Part shown: piece after piece, positions 19,673 through 28,313 of the stretch | How positions within the stretch are numbered: position 1 is the first letter of the stretch | Layout of the letters: each line of letters starts with the position of its first letter | Origin: an uncultured Gammaproteobacteria bacterium | GTDB lineage: Bacteria; Patescibacteriota; Patescibacteriia; JACRJV01 | DNA length: 64,000 bases | Assembly: GCA_964576005.1 (NCBI GenBank) | Contig: CAZNTM010000001.1 | Location: 3,711-67,710, forward strand | Direction of reading: 5' to 3' | Program-made: the position numbers and the translations under genes | The notes under the pieces: generated by a model | The model's input: only the letters and a program-made list of their open reading frames with translations | Database searches by the model: none | Told to the model about the DNA's origin: nothing

Positions 19673-20533
19673 ATGCGGATTGCATTGCTGTGGAATCATC
19701 GTTCGCCGGAGGAAGCATCGCTCACCAAAGCCGTGATGGCGTGTCAGCGAGAAACACTCGCGAAATATTTTTCCGAGGTCTTCATGGTTTCACTTCAAGC
19801 GTCAACCGTCCCGGCAACATTTGCCGAGACATTCGCCTTTGCGAGGCATAATGCCGTCGCGTTCAGTATTCTCTCCTTTGGCGCCGGATGGGTGCTCTCT
19901 CCGGAAAGATTGAAGCGACTCCTTGATGATTCGAGTGTCCAAGAGAAAGCTCTTTCAGTGCGCATGGGTATGATTCAAGTAAAAGCCGGCGTCTTTAGTC
20001 CGAAGCTTCCGTACGTTGATGACAACTTCCTCATTGTGAATCAGCGCCGTTGCGAAACGCTTGGGATCATTGCCGCGGCGGAGCGCGGCAGCGGGGGAAC
20101 GCACTTTGAGCGTTGGGGCGGCGTGCATGCCGAACTCATGAGTTTTATTGAGGCAGTCATACCGCACGGTGAGCTTTTTGTGTATTCCAATGGAAGCGAC
20201 TGCCAGGATCAGTATGGCGCATGGAGCGGTTTCGCTTCTTTGGCATATCTTTACTGCGATCGCTACGGACTCGTCTGTTCAGATCCCTCCCTAGACGAAC
20301 GAGTTCACGCCTTGCGCGTCGCACTTTTGAAGTATGTCGCAATTTCAGATGCCGACGTCATTGATCGCTATTGGAAAAAATATGCAGGCCATGTTCGCGC
20401 TCTCTATGGCCAACCACCATTTTTACAGAAACCATTTATGCGTCGTATGATCGAACCGGCACTCGAACAGGCAAAACGGGCGCTCGGCAAAATCAACTAT
20501 GAAATCAAAAAAAAGTACCACGATACGACATAG
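19673..20533 (+). CDS. Hypothetical protein, paralog of 18438-19487
   Basis: Shared motifs W.LS.E.L..LL.D..V, P..DD.F...N...C, YS..SD....YG.W.G, ALR.A.L. Confidence 0.7.
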   Translation: MRIALLWNHRSPEEASLTKAVMACQRETLAKYFSEVFMVSLQASTVPATFAETFAFARHNAVAFSILSFGAGWVLSPERLKRLLDDSSVQEKALSVRMGMIQVKAGVFSPKLPYVDDNFLIVNQRRCETLGIIAAAERGSGGTHFERWGGVHAELMSFIEAVIPHGELFVYSNGSDCQDQYGAWSGFASLAYLYCDRYGLVCSDPSLDERVHALRVALLKYVAISDADVIDRYWKKYAGHVRALYGQPPFLQKPFMRRMIEPALEQAKRALGKINYEIKKKYHDTT

Positions 20534-20749
20534 GGATCAGTCGCGGCCCGGGTTTCTCCATGCCAGTTGCGCCGAGATCCACTCATGCATCGTCTCCATG
20601 CGGGATTTCTCGTTGGTCCTGGGTTGACGAAATAGCCGTTTGTGCGTCAGTATAAAGAAAAACATTGGAGCATTTTCGAGCGTTTTGGCACATTCGACCT
20701 TCACGGCTTACTCAATAGCGTTTGAACGAGGAGGCAATGATTCATCGGT

Positions 20750-21682
20750 ATGCACTGCACGCTTTGCAATGGAACGACCTTCGAGACGCTCCGAGAGAAG
20801 CTTCGACACGATATTGTACGGAAAGTTTTTCGTTGTACGGAGTGTGGGCTTGTCTTCCTCGACCAGGCCGAGGCGAATGCCCAAGAGTTTTACAACAAGC
20901 AGTATCGAAAGCTCTACCCTGCCGTTATTGGAAAAGAGTTGACTCCCAAAGAATTTTTTAATATCAACATGCCGTTCCAGCGAGCACGTCTTGAAAAGAT
21001 CCGGCATCTCCTGAAGCCCGACATGCGCGTGCTTGACATTGGGAGCTCTGCCGGGATGTTTTTAAACGAAATTCGTCCTCATGTTGGGGAGGTGATTGGG
21101 GATGAGTTTGATGAAGTCTATGCTCAATTTGCCCGGGATACCTTCGGGATTACGACCTACACAACGCCATTGGAAGAGACCGACCTTGCGCCCAACTCTT
21201 TCGATCTCATCAGCGCCTTGGAAGTTTTCGAGCACATTGCGGACCCCCTCCGTTTTTTAGAAACAGTGAAGCGCTACCTCAAACCGGGCGGCATCCTCTA
21301 TTGTGAAGTTCCGAATCACGATGAGTCGCTGTTGTCGATTTTTGACGTTCCTGGCTACCGCGACTTTTACTATCGCGAACCGCACCTTTTTTACTACAAT
21401 CCCGATACCTTGAAACGGATGCTCGAGCGCGCCGGGTTCCACGGCACAATTGCCGCAAGCGGTTTTGAACCTCATGCGCTGAATCAGATGCACTGGATTC
21501 TCAACGGCCGACCGCAGCCTTCCGCAACCAACGCGTATGGTGAGCCGACGTTGCCGCTGTTGTCAACACCAAATCCTGCAGCACCACAGTTGTTCGAGGC
21601 CATTAACCGTTTTCACCGTGACTATCGTGCGTTGCTCGATCGCGCGCTGCTGTGTTCTCACATTATTTTTATTGGCCAGTAA
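20750..21682 (+). CDS. Class I SAM methyltransferase with N-terminal Zn-ribbon
   Basis: C..C / C..CGL, VLDIGSSAG, VFEHIADP, LKPGG....EVPN. Confidence 0.9.
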   Translation: MHCTLCNGTTFETLREKLRHDIVRKVFRCTECGLVFLDQAEANAQEFYNKQYRKLYPAVIGKELTPKEFFNINMPFQRARLEKIRHLLKPDMRVLDIGSSAGMFLNEIRPHVGEVIGDEFDEVYAQFARDTFGITTYTTPLEETDLAPNSFDLISALEVFEHIADPLRFLETVKRYLKPGGILYCEVPNHDESLLSIFDVPGYRDFYYREPHLFYYNPDTLKRMLERAGFHGTIAASGFEPHALNQMHWILNGRPQPSATNAYGEPTLPLLSTPNPAAPQLFEAINRFHRDYRALLDRALLCSHIIFIGQ

Positions 21683-21693
21683 ACCCATAGTGT

Positions 21694-22824
21694 ATGAGGC
21701 AAGATTCTCTTTCGTTTTTTCAACGGTTGACGAACGGCGCATTTGTGGTTGCCGAGATCGGTAAGAATTTTATTCGCACTGAAGACGAGCGACCAGTGTC
21801 GGAGTATCTTGCCAACGCAAAAGCGCTTGTTAAAGCAGCGAAGGAGGCCGGGGCAGACGCCGTGAAGTTTCAAACTCATACCGTTGAAGATGAGGTTTTG
21901 AACCTTGATTTTGACTCTCCGCACTTTCAAGGGAAGGGGCGGTATCAGTGGGTGACACGGAATACCAACGCGACTCCACTTGAAGAATTTTGGCAGCCGC
22001 TCAAAGCGTATTGTGAGGAGCGTGGGATTATCTTTTTTTCAACCCCCATGTCACGCGGAGCAGCAATGAAACTCAACTTGATTGGCGTTCCGGTGTGGAA
22101 AGTCGCTTCAAGCGACATTCTTGATTATCCGATGTTGGAGTTTATGGCAAGTACCGGAAAGCCCATCATGCTGCCCACTGGTATGTCTACCATTGATGAT
22201 GTTGATGCCTCCCTTGGGTTTCTGGCTCGAAAGGGCGCCCGCCGCGTTGTGCTCATGCATGCGATTTCACGCTATCCATATCCACCGGAAGATTCTCACC
22301 TGCGTACGATTGTTTTTTTTCGTAAACGGTATCCGGACGTGGCGATTGGGTTTTCCCAAAATTCTCCATGGATTGAGCCCGCGGTTGTTGCGGCTGCGCT
22401 CGGAGCGAGTGTGGTGGAGCAGCATTTTACTTTTGATCGGGACTTTTGGGGTCCAGATCATAAGGTTTCGATGACACCCGATGAGTTCGCTCGTATGGTG
22501 GGAGGGATTCGACGGGTACACGCAGACTCCATCGAGGCGCAGCGCGTGCTCGAAGTTCGCGAAAATGAAATATACCTTGGTCGGGAAGAGAAATTTCTTC
22601 AACAAGGCGAAGAGCCGTTTCGGCCCTTGTTCCGGAAGGCGCTTATGGCTGGTGCTGACATTTCAGCAGGGACCACGATAACCCCCGAGATGGTCTATGC
22701 CATGCGACCGCAACAGTACGCGGGTGGGTTGCCAAGCGAGCGCTATGAGAGCATCCTTGGACGTCGCGTCGCTCGGGCGCTCAAAAAGTACGACCCGATT
22801 ACTGATGACGTGTTGACCGCGTAG
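21694..22824 (+). CDS. neuB: N-acetylneuraminate/nonulosonate synthase family with SAF domain (divergent)
   Basis: VAEIG.N, GADAVKFQT, STP, KVAS, TGM, S.YP, E.HFT.D...GPDH..S, C-terminal SAF domain. Confidence 0.88.
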   Translation: MRQDSLSFFQRLTNGAFVVAEIGKNFIRTEDERPVSEYLANAKALVKAAKEAGADAVKFQTHTVEDEVLNLDFDSPHFQGKGRYQWVTRNTNATPLEEFWQPLKAYCEERGIIFFSTPMSRGAAMKLNLIGVPVWKVASSDILDYPMLEFMASTGKPIMLPTGMSTIDDVDASLGFLARKGARRVVLMHAISRYPYPPEDSHLRTIVFFRKRYPDVAIGFSQNSPWIEPAVVAAALGASVVEQHFTFDRDFWGPDHKVSMTPDEFARMVGGIRRVHADSIEAQRVLEVRENEIYLGREEKFLQQGEEPFRPLFRKALMAGADISAGTTITPEMVYAMRPQQYAGGLPSERYESILGRRVARALKKYDPITDDVLTA

Positions 22825-22830
22825 CACGAT

Positions 22831-23991
22831 ATGCCGATCCGACGGATTTGCTTTGTCATTACTTCCGGCATTCACTATGGCCGGAGTAAGACTCTTCTTG
22901 AGGAGCTCACGACTCGCAGTGATGTGGAGCTGAAGCTTGTCGTCGGCGGATCAGCACTTCTCTCGAACTACGGCGATATTTTAAGCGTGCTCGAGCGGGA
23001 TGGTTTCCAACCTCATGCACGTGTCTTTATGACATTGGAAGGCGGCAACCTGTTAGCCATGGCAAAAACCGCAGGACTGGGGGTGAGCGAGTTTGCCAGT
23101 GTTTTTGATAATCTTAAACCAGACGTCGTGATGGTGCGAGGTGATCGGTATGAAGTGCTTTCTGCCGCGGTTGCGGCAGCCTATCTCAACATCCCCATTG
23201 CCCACATTGAAGGCGGTGATATTTCTGGCACACTCGACGAGAGTGTCCGTCACGCTATCACGAAGCTTTCCCATATCCATTTTGCGACAAACCCGGCGTC
23301 TCACGAGCGCATCCTTCGGATGGGCGAAGACCCGCGCTACGTTTTCCTTGTTGGCTCGCCCGAACTCGATTTTGTCATTCAGAACAATTTTTCTGTCACG
23401 ACTGAATATATGAACAGTCTTGGCGTGGGTGACGTTGTGGATACGAGCCAGCGTTTTATACTCGTCATGCAACACCCGGTGACGACCGAAGTCGGGGAGA
23501 ACCGTCATCACACCGAAGAGACGCTCGAAGCGGTCCAAGCGCTCGAAATCCCCGCTATTTGGTTTTGGCCGAATGTGGATGCTGGCACTGATGAGGTGTC
23601 CAAAGCGATTCGTGTTTTTCGCGAACAGAAAAGGTCGCACCGCATACGGTTTTTAAAATATCTTCCACCAGAACAGTTCATTGGACTTTTGAAAAAGAGT
23701 TCCTGTTTAATTGGGAACTCGTCTGCAGGCCTTAAAGAATGTTCATTGCTTGGAGTGCCAGCGGTCAACATCGGCACCCGTCAGTATCGGAGACTTCGTG
23801 GTCCAAACGTCGTGGACGTCGATTACGACAAGACCGCGATTCGAAAAGCGATTGAATTTCAACTTGAACACGGGCCGTATCCACCGAGCGACGTGTATTA
23901 TCGGCCTCAGGCCAGTCGTCGCATTGCGGAGCTCGTTGCAACCGTTCCGCTCTATATTCAAAAAACCTACTATGACGGAGAAGGGGTATAA
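22831..23991 (+). CDS. neuC: UDP-GlcNAc 2-epimerase (hydrolysing)
   Basis: GDRYE, AHIEGG..SGT.DE.VRHAITKLSHIHF, QHPVT, PN.DAG, IGNSS, VNIG.RQ..R. Confidence 0.9.
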   Translation: MPIRRICFVITSGIHYGRSKTLLEELTTRSDVELKLVVGGSALLSNYGDILSVLERDGFQPHARVFMTLEGGNLLAMAKTAGLGVSEFASVFDNLKPDVVMVRGDRYEVLSAAVAAAYLNIPIAHIEGGDISGTLDESVRHAITKLSHIHFATNPASHERILRMGEDPRYVFLVGSPELDFVIQNNFSVTTEYMNSLGVGDVVDTSQRFILVMQHPVTTEVGENRHHTEETLEAVQALEIPAIWFWPNVDAGTDEVSKAIRVFREQKRSHRIRFLKYLPPEQFIGLLKKSSCLIGNSSAGLKECSLLGVPAVNIGTRQYRRLRGPNVVDVDYDKTAIRKAIEFQLEHGPYPPSDVYYRPQASRRIAELVATVPLYIQKTYYDGEGV

Positions 23992-24694
23992 GGGAAAGCG
24001 GACGCTCGGGGTCATCGTCGCTCGTGGCGGCTCCAAAGGCATTCCCGGCAAAAACATCAAGCCCCTGGCTGGCAAGCCGCTCATTGTCTACACCATCGAA
24101 GCGGCAGCCAAAAGCCAGTACCTGTCGCGCTGTATTGTTTCAACGGACAGCGAAGCAATTGCTGTGGTTGCCAAAGCCGCTGGTTGCGACGTGCCGTTTA
24201 TGCGCCCCGTCGAGTTGGCGCTCGATACCACACCGGCCATCCCCGTTATTCAGCATGCCGTAGGATGGCTCAAAGAACACGAAGGAGCGGAGTTTGATGC
24301 GGTGATGATTTTGCAGCCGACCTCGCCCTTGCGCACCGCCGGAGACATTGATGCCTGCATCACAAAAATGGTGGATACCGACGCTGATTCAGTCATGAGC
24401 ATGGTGGAGTTAAGCGACTTCTCACCGAAGAAATTGAAAAAGATCGAAGATGACCGTATCGTCCCACTCCTTGAAGAAGAAGGAAGGCAGTCTGCTCCTC
24501 GGCAAGCCGCGGCCGCGGTCTATAAGCGAAACTGTGCCATCTACCTCACTCGTGTGCCTTTCATCATAGCTGGAGATCTTTTTGGGGCGATTTCTCGTCC
24601 CTACATTATGCCTGCAGAACGTTCGATTGACATCAATACGCCATACGACTTCGCGCTCGTCGAGCTTCTCCTGAGTCGCATGGAGTCATCCTGA
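23972..24694 (+). CDS. neuA: CMP-N-acylneuraminate cytidylyltransferase
   Basis: ARGGSKGIPGKN, VSTDS, RP.ELA.D, LQPTSPLR, SIDINT..DF. Confidence 0.93.
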   Translation: MTEKGYKGKRTLGVIVARGGSKGIPGKNIKPLAGKPLIVYTIEAAAKSQYLSRCIVSTDSEAIAVVAKAAGCDVPFMRPVELALDTTPAIPVIQHAVGWLKEHEGAEFDAVMILQPTSPLRTAGDIDACITKMVDTDADSVMSMVELSDFSPKKLKKIEDDRIVPLLEEEGRQSAPRQAAAAVYKRNCAIYLTRVPFIIAGDLFGAISRPYIMPAERSIDINTPYDFALVELLLSRMESS

Positions 24695-24711
24695 GCCAAG
24701 TCGAAGGATCT
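24685..24711. repeat. Solo REP-like hairpin GTCATCCTGAGCCAAGTCGAAGGATCT, which supplies the neuA stop
   Basis: Same CCTGAGC..GTCGAAGG core as the MITE hairpin. Confidence 0.65.
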
Positions 24712-24715
24712 CACT

Positions 24716-25693
24716 ATGTCGTACCGCATTCTCAACACTATTGGGGCAGTCTTAACCTCTGCCGCGCGCGAGCGTCTTGAGACGATTGGTGACATACACG
24801 ATTTCACCGGCTCGCAACAGGAGCTTGCCGAGGCGCTTGCTTCAGCCGATATCGCCCTTATTGGTTTGGGGTTGAATTTTTCTAAGAACATCTTAGAACA
24901 CGCACCACATCTCCGCTGCATTGCGACGGCCACCACGGGACTTGATCATATTGATACTGCCGAAGCGAACGCACGCGGTATCACGGTGTTGAGCCTCAAA
25001 GGCGAGGAAGCTTTTTTGCGTACTATTACCGGCACGGCCGAGTTGGCGCTTGGGCTCATGATTGACCTTAGCCGCGACATGTCGCACGCATTCGAAGCGG
25101 TTAAGAAAGGGCAGTGGCAGCGTGAACATTTTCGCGGCCACAGCCTTTCTGGCAAGACACTTGGTATCGTTGGTCTTGGTCGGCTGGGGACGCTCATGGC
25201 TCGGTACGGCAGCGCTTTAGGGATGACCGTGATCGCCGTTGATCCCCACAAGAGTACAGAAACGTTTACAAACGCCGGGGCACGCGGGGTTGATTTTTCG
25301 ACCCTGCTTCAAGAGAGCGACGTCATTTCTATTCACGCGGCACTGATACCGGAGACTGAAAAACTTTTTAATCAAGAAGCGTTTGGAGAGATGAAGCCAA
25401 CCGCATACCTCATCAACACAGCGCGTGGACAGATTGTTGATGAAGTGGCCCTGCTTCAGGCATTGGAGCAGGGGAGAATCGGAGGCTACGCCGCTGATGT
25501 GTTGGCGGATGAAAATACCTTTGGTGGCCAGATTCCGCTTCAACACCCCCTACTGCTCTACGCAAAACAGCATCGTCATTGCATTCTTGTCCCCCACATC
25601 GGGGGCATGACGGTGGAATCACGCGAAGCCACTGATACGTTCATGGCAGAAAAAATTGTTGCCTGGGCGACCGGAACCTATAAAGATGCTTGA
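24716..25693 (+). CDS. D-isomer 2-hydroxyacid dehydrogenase (SerA-like)
   Basis: TG.DHID, TAE, GIVGLGRLG, LINTARG..VDE, DV, PHIGG.T.E. Confidence 0.9.
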   Translation: MSYRILNTIGAVLTSAARERLETIGDIHDFTGSQQELAEALASADIALIGLGLNFSKNILEHAPHLRCIATATTGLDHIDTAEANARGITVLSLKGEEAFLRTITGTAELALGLMIDLSRDMSHAFEAVKKGQWQREHFRGHSLSGKTLGIVGLGRLGTLMARYGSALGMTVIAVDPHKSTETFTNAGARGVDFSTLLQESDVISIHAALIPETEKLFNQEAFGEMKPTAYLINTARGQIVDEVALLQALEQGRIGGYAADVLADENTFGGQIPLQHPLLLYAKQHRHCILVPHIGGMTVESREATDTFMAEKIVAWATGTYKDA

Positions 25694-25815
25694 CAGGGAA
25701 TTCCTTCTACTATAAAAGTAGAAGTCTCGCCTGTTCTTGGCTCTTTGAAATGAGGGTATTTCGAGGTTCGACCTTTCGATACCTCACGGTGTTTGAGGTT
25801 GAATGAGTGAGGAGG
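25690..25815 (+). promoter_or_regulatory. Promoter, boxA-like motif, hairpin and SD
   Basis: TTGACA at 25690, AT-rich -10 region, GCTCTTTGAAA at 25740, TGAGGGTAT...ATACCTCA hairpin, GAGGAGG. Confidence 0.55.
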
Positions 25816-25819
25816 AAAC

Positions 25820-26942
25820 ATGTCGGAGTCGCTTGTTTTAACTACAGGAATTCTTGGGTACGGAGAGCGGGGGAAGATCCTCACAAGAATCATTCGCGAG
25901 AATGTTCCAGCACTCCGCCTCGTCGCCGTGGCGGATCCTGATGTCCGTCGTCAAGAGGATGCCAACGGGAGCGGCCTCGCGGCGTACGAAACCGCTGAAG
26001 AACTCTTCGACAAGGCACATCCAGAGGTTGTCCTCGTCGCGAGTAACCCACCGCATCACGAGGAGCACGTGGTGATGGCCGCCGAGCGCGGCTGCCACAT
26101 CTTCTGCGAGAAGCCGTTAGCGCTCTCGCCAGAAGAGGCCGATCGGATGGTTGACGCGGTGCGCACCGCAGGCGTGGTATGCACCGTTGACTTCGAGACC
26201 GTTTTCGCGGAATCGTTTGCGGTGTTGAGACGACTCCTCCACGAAGAGTGGTTTGGCACGTTGATACGATTCGACGCCGTGGACAAAGGCAGGCCTCCGG
26301 CCTATGACATCGAGACCTGCATGCCGCACTTTCTCCACGCCATGATGGTGTTGACTGGGTCCAAGCCCGTGGAAGTATTCGGCCGGGTCATCGCGAATGG
26401 AACGAAAGCAAGCCTCGAGGATGTCGTCCTACCTAGTGAACGACCTTTACCCGCAGGGGCGCACGCACGATATCGGCATGCGCGCTGACACCATTGATGC
26501 GTCCTATCTATTCAAGAATGGCATCACGAGCCGTTTTTTCCTCGCTCAACTCGATGAGGCATACGTCATCGAGGCAGGCAAGCGGGCAAAGCCTGGCAGC
26601 GAGTTCATGCATTTCATCGCCTACGGCACACGAGGTCAGGTGAAGTTTCACCAGACTTCGACCGGCTACGTCTATCGCAAGCCCGTGCCGCAAGACACGC
26701 TCTCGGTTATGGGCTGGGAGTCGGTGTACGCCCCCACCAAGCCGGATCCGACGTGGGTGGTGCCGACCACGCGCCTCATATGTGATTTCGTAGAGGCGAT
26801 CACATCCGGCCGCGAACCGGTTGCGACCATCGAAGATGCTGCGGCCGTCGTTGATCAGACGTACGGCATCTATGCCTCGCACCTTGCCGGTAGGCCGGTC
26901 AAGCTCCCACTCGAAGATCGGAGGCATCCGCTCCGGAGGTAA
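25820..26942 (+). pseudogene. Gfo/Idh/MocA oxidoreductase split by a 4-bp duplication
   Basis: GILGYG, VAVAD, HIFCEKPLA. ORFs 25820-26488 and 26397-26942 join in frame if one CCTA of CCTACCTA (26428-26435) is removed. C-terminus IYAS...GRPVKLP is typical. Confidence 0.85.
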
Positions 26943-26971
26943 AGAGCCAGCTTGCGGTGAGCTGAACGACT

Positions 26972-27006
26972 TGGGTCCTTCTGTGTGACAGGAGGGCTCG
27001 TTTTTT
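26972..27006 (+). terminator. Intrinsic terminator
   Basis: GGGTCCTTCTGT-GTG-ACAGGAGGGCTC followed by a T run. Confidence 0.65.
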
Positions 27007-27026
27007 ATGCTATGCTGTACATATCT

Positions 27027-27905
27027 ATGATGCCATGGCTTCTTTTTGCGCTCTCTAGCGCCTTTGGGCATTCTGTCTTTAACGCCCTTTCTAAAAAAGC
27101 GCTTGATCATGTGCCGAAGGTTTTCATCGTGGTTTGGGCATCACTGGTTTCTTCAGTGCTCTTGGGCGTTTGGGCGGTGGTGAGGGGAGTTCCTGAATTA
27201 GGGAGCGGGTTTTGGCTTGCCGCGGGTACCACCGCAGTGTTGAACATTATCGCGTTTCCGTTGTTGCTCAAGGCATACGAATTTGGAGAGCTGAGTACCG
27301 TGTTTCCGATGTTGCTGCTCACCCCACTCTTTATGCTTGGTACGTCCTTTGTGCTCTTAGGAGAGGTGGTGACCGGGCGCGGTGTCGCCGGGATGCTCAT
27401 CACTGTGTTTGGGTTGTTTGTCGTTGGGAGAAGTAGTATAAAACACCGTAACGGCATGACAACGCTTGAGGGGAATCGAAACGGGATGGCACTTGGGCTC
27501 CTCGTCGCCTTCCTGTACTCATTTTCTGCCAATTTCGACAAACGGACCGTGCTCCTGTCTGATGCTGTCTTCGGACCTGCGGTGGTGCTCGGGCTCATCG
27601 CAGCTGGGTTGCTCCCCGTACTACTCGTCCTGCAGTACCGGCAGGGCATCGGAGCCACGAAGCATCTATTCACTCCTCAATGCCTCGTGTTGCCGACCGT
27701 GATGGGATTGGTGCAGGTTTTTGATTCGGCGGTTTTTTATACTGCCTTAAGCCTTGGATTGGCCAGCTACACGATTGTGGTCAAACGGATGAGCATTCTT
27801 TTTGGGATCCTCTGGGGGCGACTCTTTTTCCAAGAAAAAAATCTACAGCCAAAGCTTATTGGCGGCGCGGTTGCGATCATTGGTCTTGCGGTGATGTTGC
27901 TTTAA
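27027..27905 (+). CDS. EamA/DMT family transporter
   Basis: About 10 TM segments, duplicated halves, ELS.V.P....PL......LLGE and FFQEK. Confidence 0.88.
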   Translation: MMPWLLFALSSAFGHSVFNALSKKALDHVPKVFIVVWASLVSSVLLGVWAVVRGVPELGSGFWLAAGTTAVLNIIAFPLLLKAYEFGELSTVFPMLLLTPLFMLGTSFVLLGEVVTGRGVAGMLITVFGLFVVGRSSIKHRNGMTTLEGNRNGMALGLLVAFLYSFSANFDKRTVLLSDAVFGPAVVLGLIAAGLLPVLLVLQYRQGIGATKHLFTPQCLVLPTVMGLVQVFDSAVFYTALSLGLASYTIVVKRMSILFGILWGRLFFQEKNLQPKLIGGAVAIIGLAVMLL

Positions 27906-27951
27906 AAAAAAGAATCCGAGCCAGCGCGTCCGAATGGCAAGGACGGCGGCC
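27904..27951 (-). terminator. Probable terminator of the small minus-strand gene
   Basis: Minus strand TCCGGGCC...GGCTCGGA stem followed by a T run. Confidence 0.5.
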
Positions 27952-27969
27952 CGGAGTCGACTGGACCGA

Positions 27970-28206
27970 TCATGGTCCGGAACGCCGGCGGGGGGCGCGG
28001 AGTTTGCGCTCCTCGTAAAATAAAATGACTGTGTGCATCCACTTCTTGTTCTGGTCGAGGATGCTCGTGAACTTGCGGTCCACGATTTTCACGATGCGAG
28101 CGTTTTCCTGGAGCCATTGGTTGATTGTGCTTTCCAGGAAGTCCGGGAGACGATCGAGGTCCCTGAGGGCATTGTTGAATGCCCTGAAGATCTTACATTG
28201 TTCCAT
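27970..28206 (-). CDS. Small hypothetical protein (Cse60-like alpha/beta pattern)
   Basis: AAGGAG SD before the ATG; LE..INQWL..N..I..IVD.KF...TVI.FYE pattern. Confidence 0.6.
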   Translation of the reverse strand: MEQCKIFRAFNNALRDLDRLPDFLESTINQWLQENARIVKIVDRKFTSILDQNKKWMHTVILFYEERKLRAPRRRSGP

Positions 28207-28313
28207 ACATACTCTCCTTTTCAATGACCGTATCGGTGACGCCTTCAACGTCGTTGACGGACACCGCTGCTGGCAGTATCGTGTGATGAAAGCATCTTCT
28301 CTCATGTATGTCA

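Noticed and set aside
19527-19718. Short ORFs reading through the MITE (also 46118-46330)
   Set aside because: The VMVSLSNH.../PSTSSG peptides are just translations of the REP hairpins.
20534-20749. GGATC...GATCC hairpins (also 46381-46420) and a GAGGAGG before 20750
   Set aside because: The stems are weak and imperfect and the SD spacing is wrong for either nearby ATG, so no RNA or uORF call can be supported.
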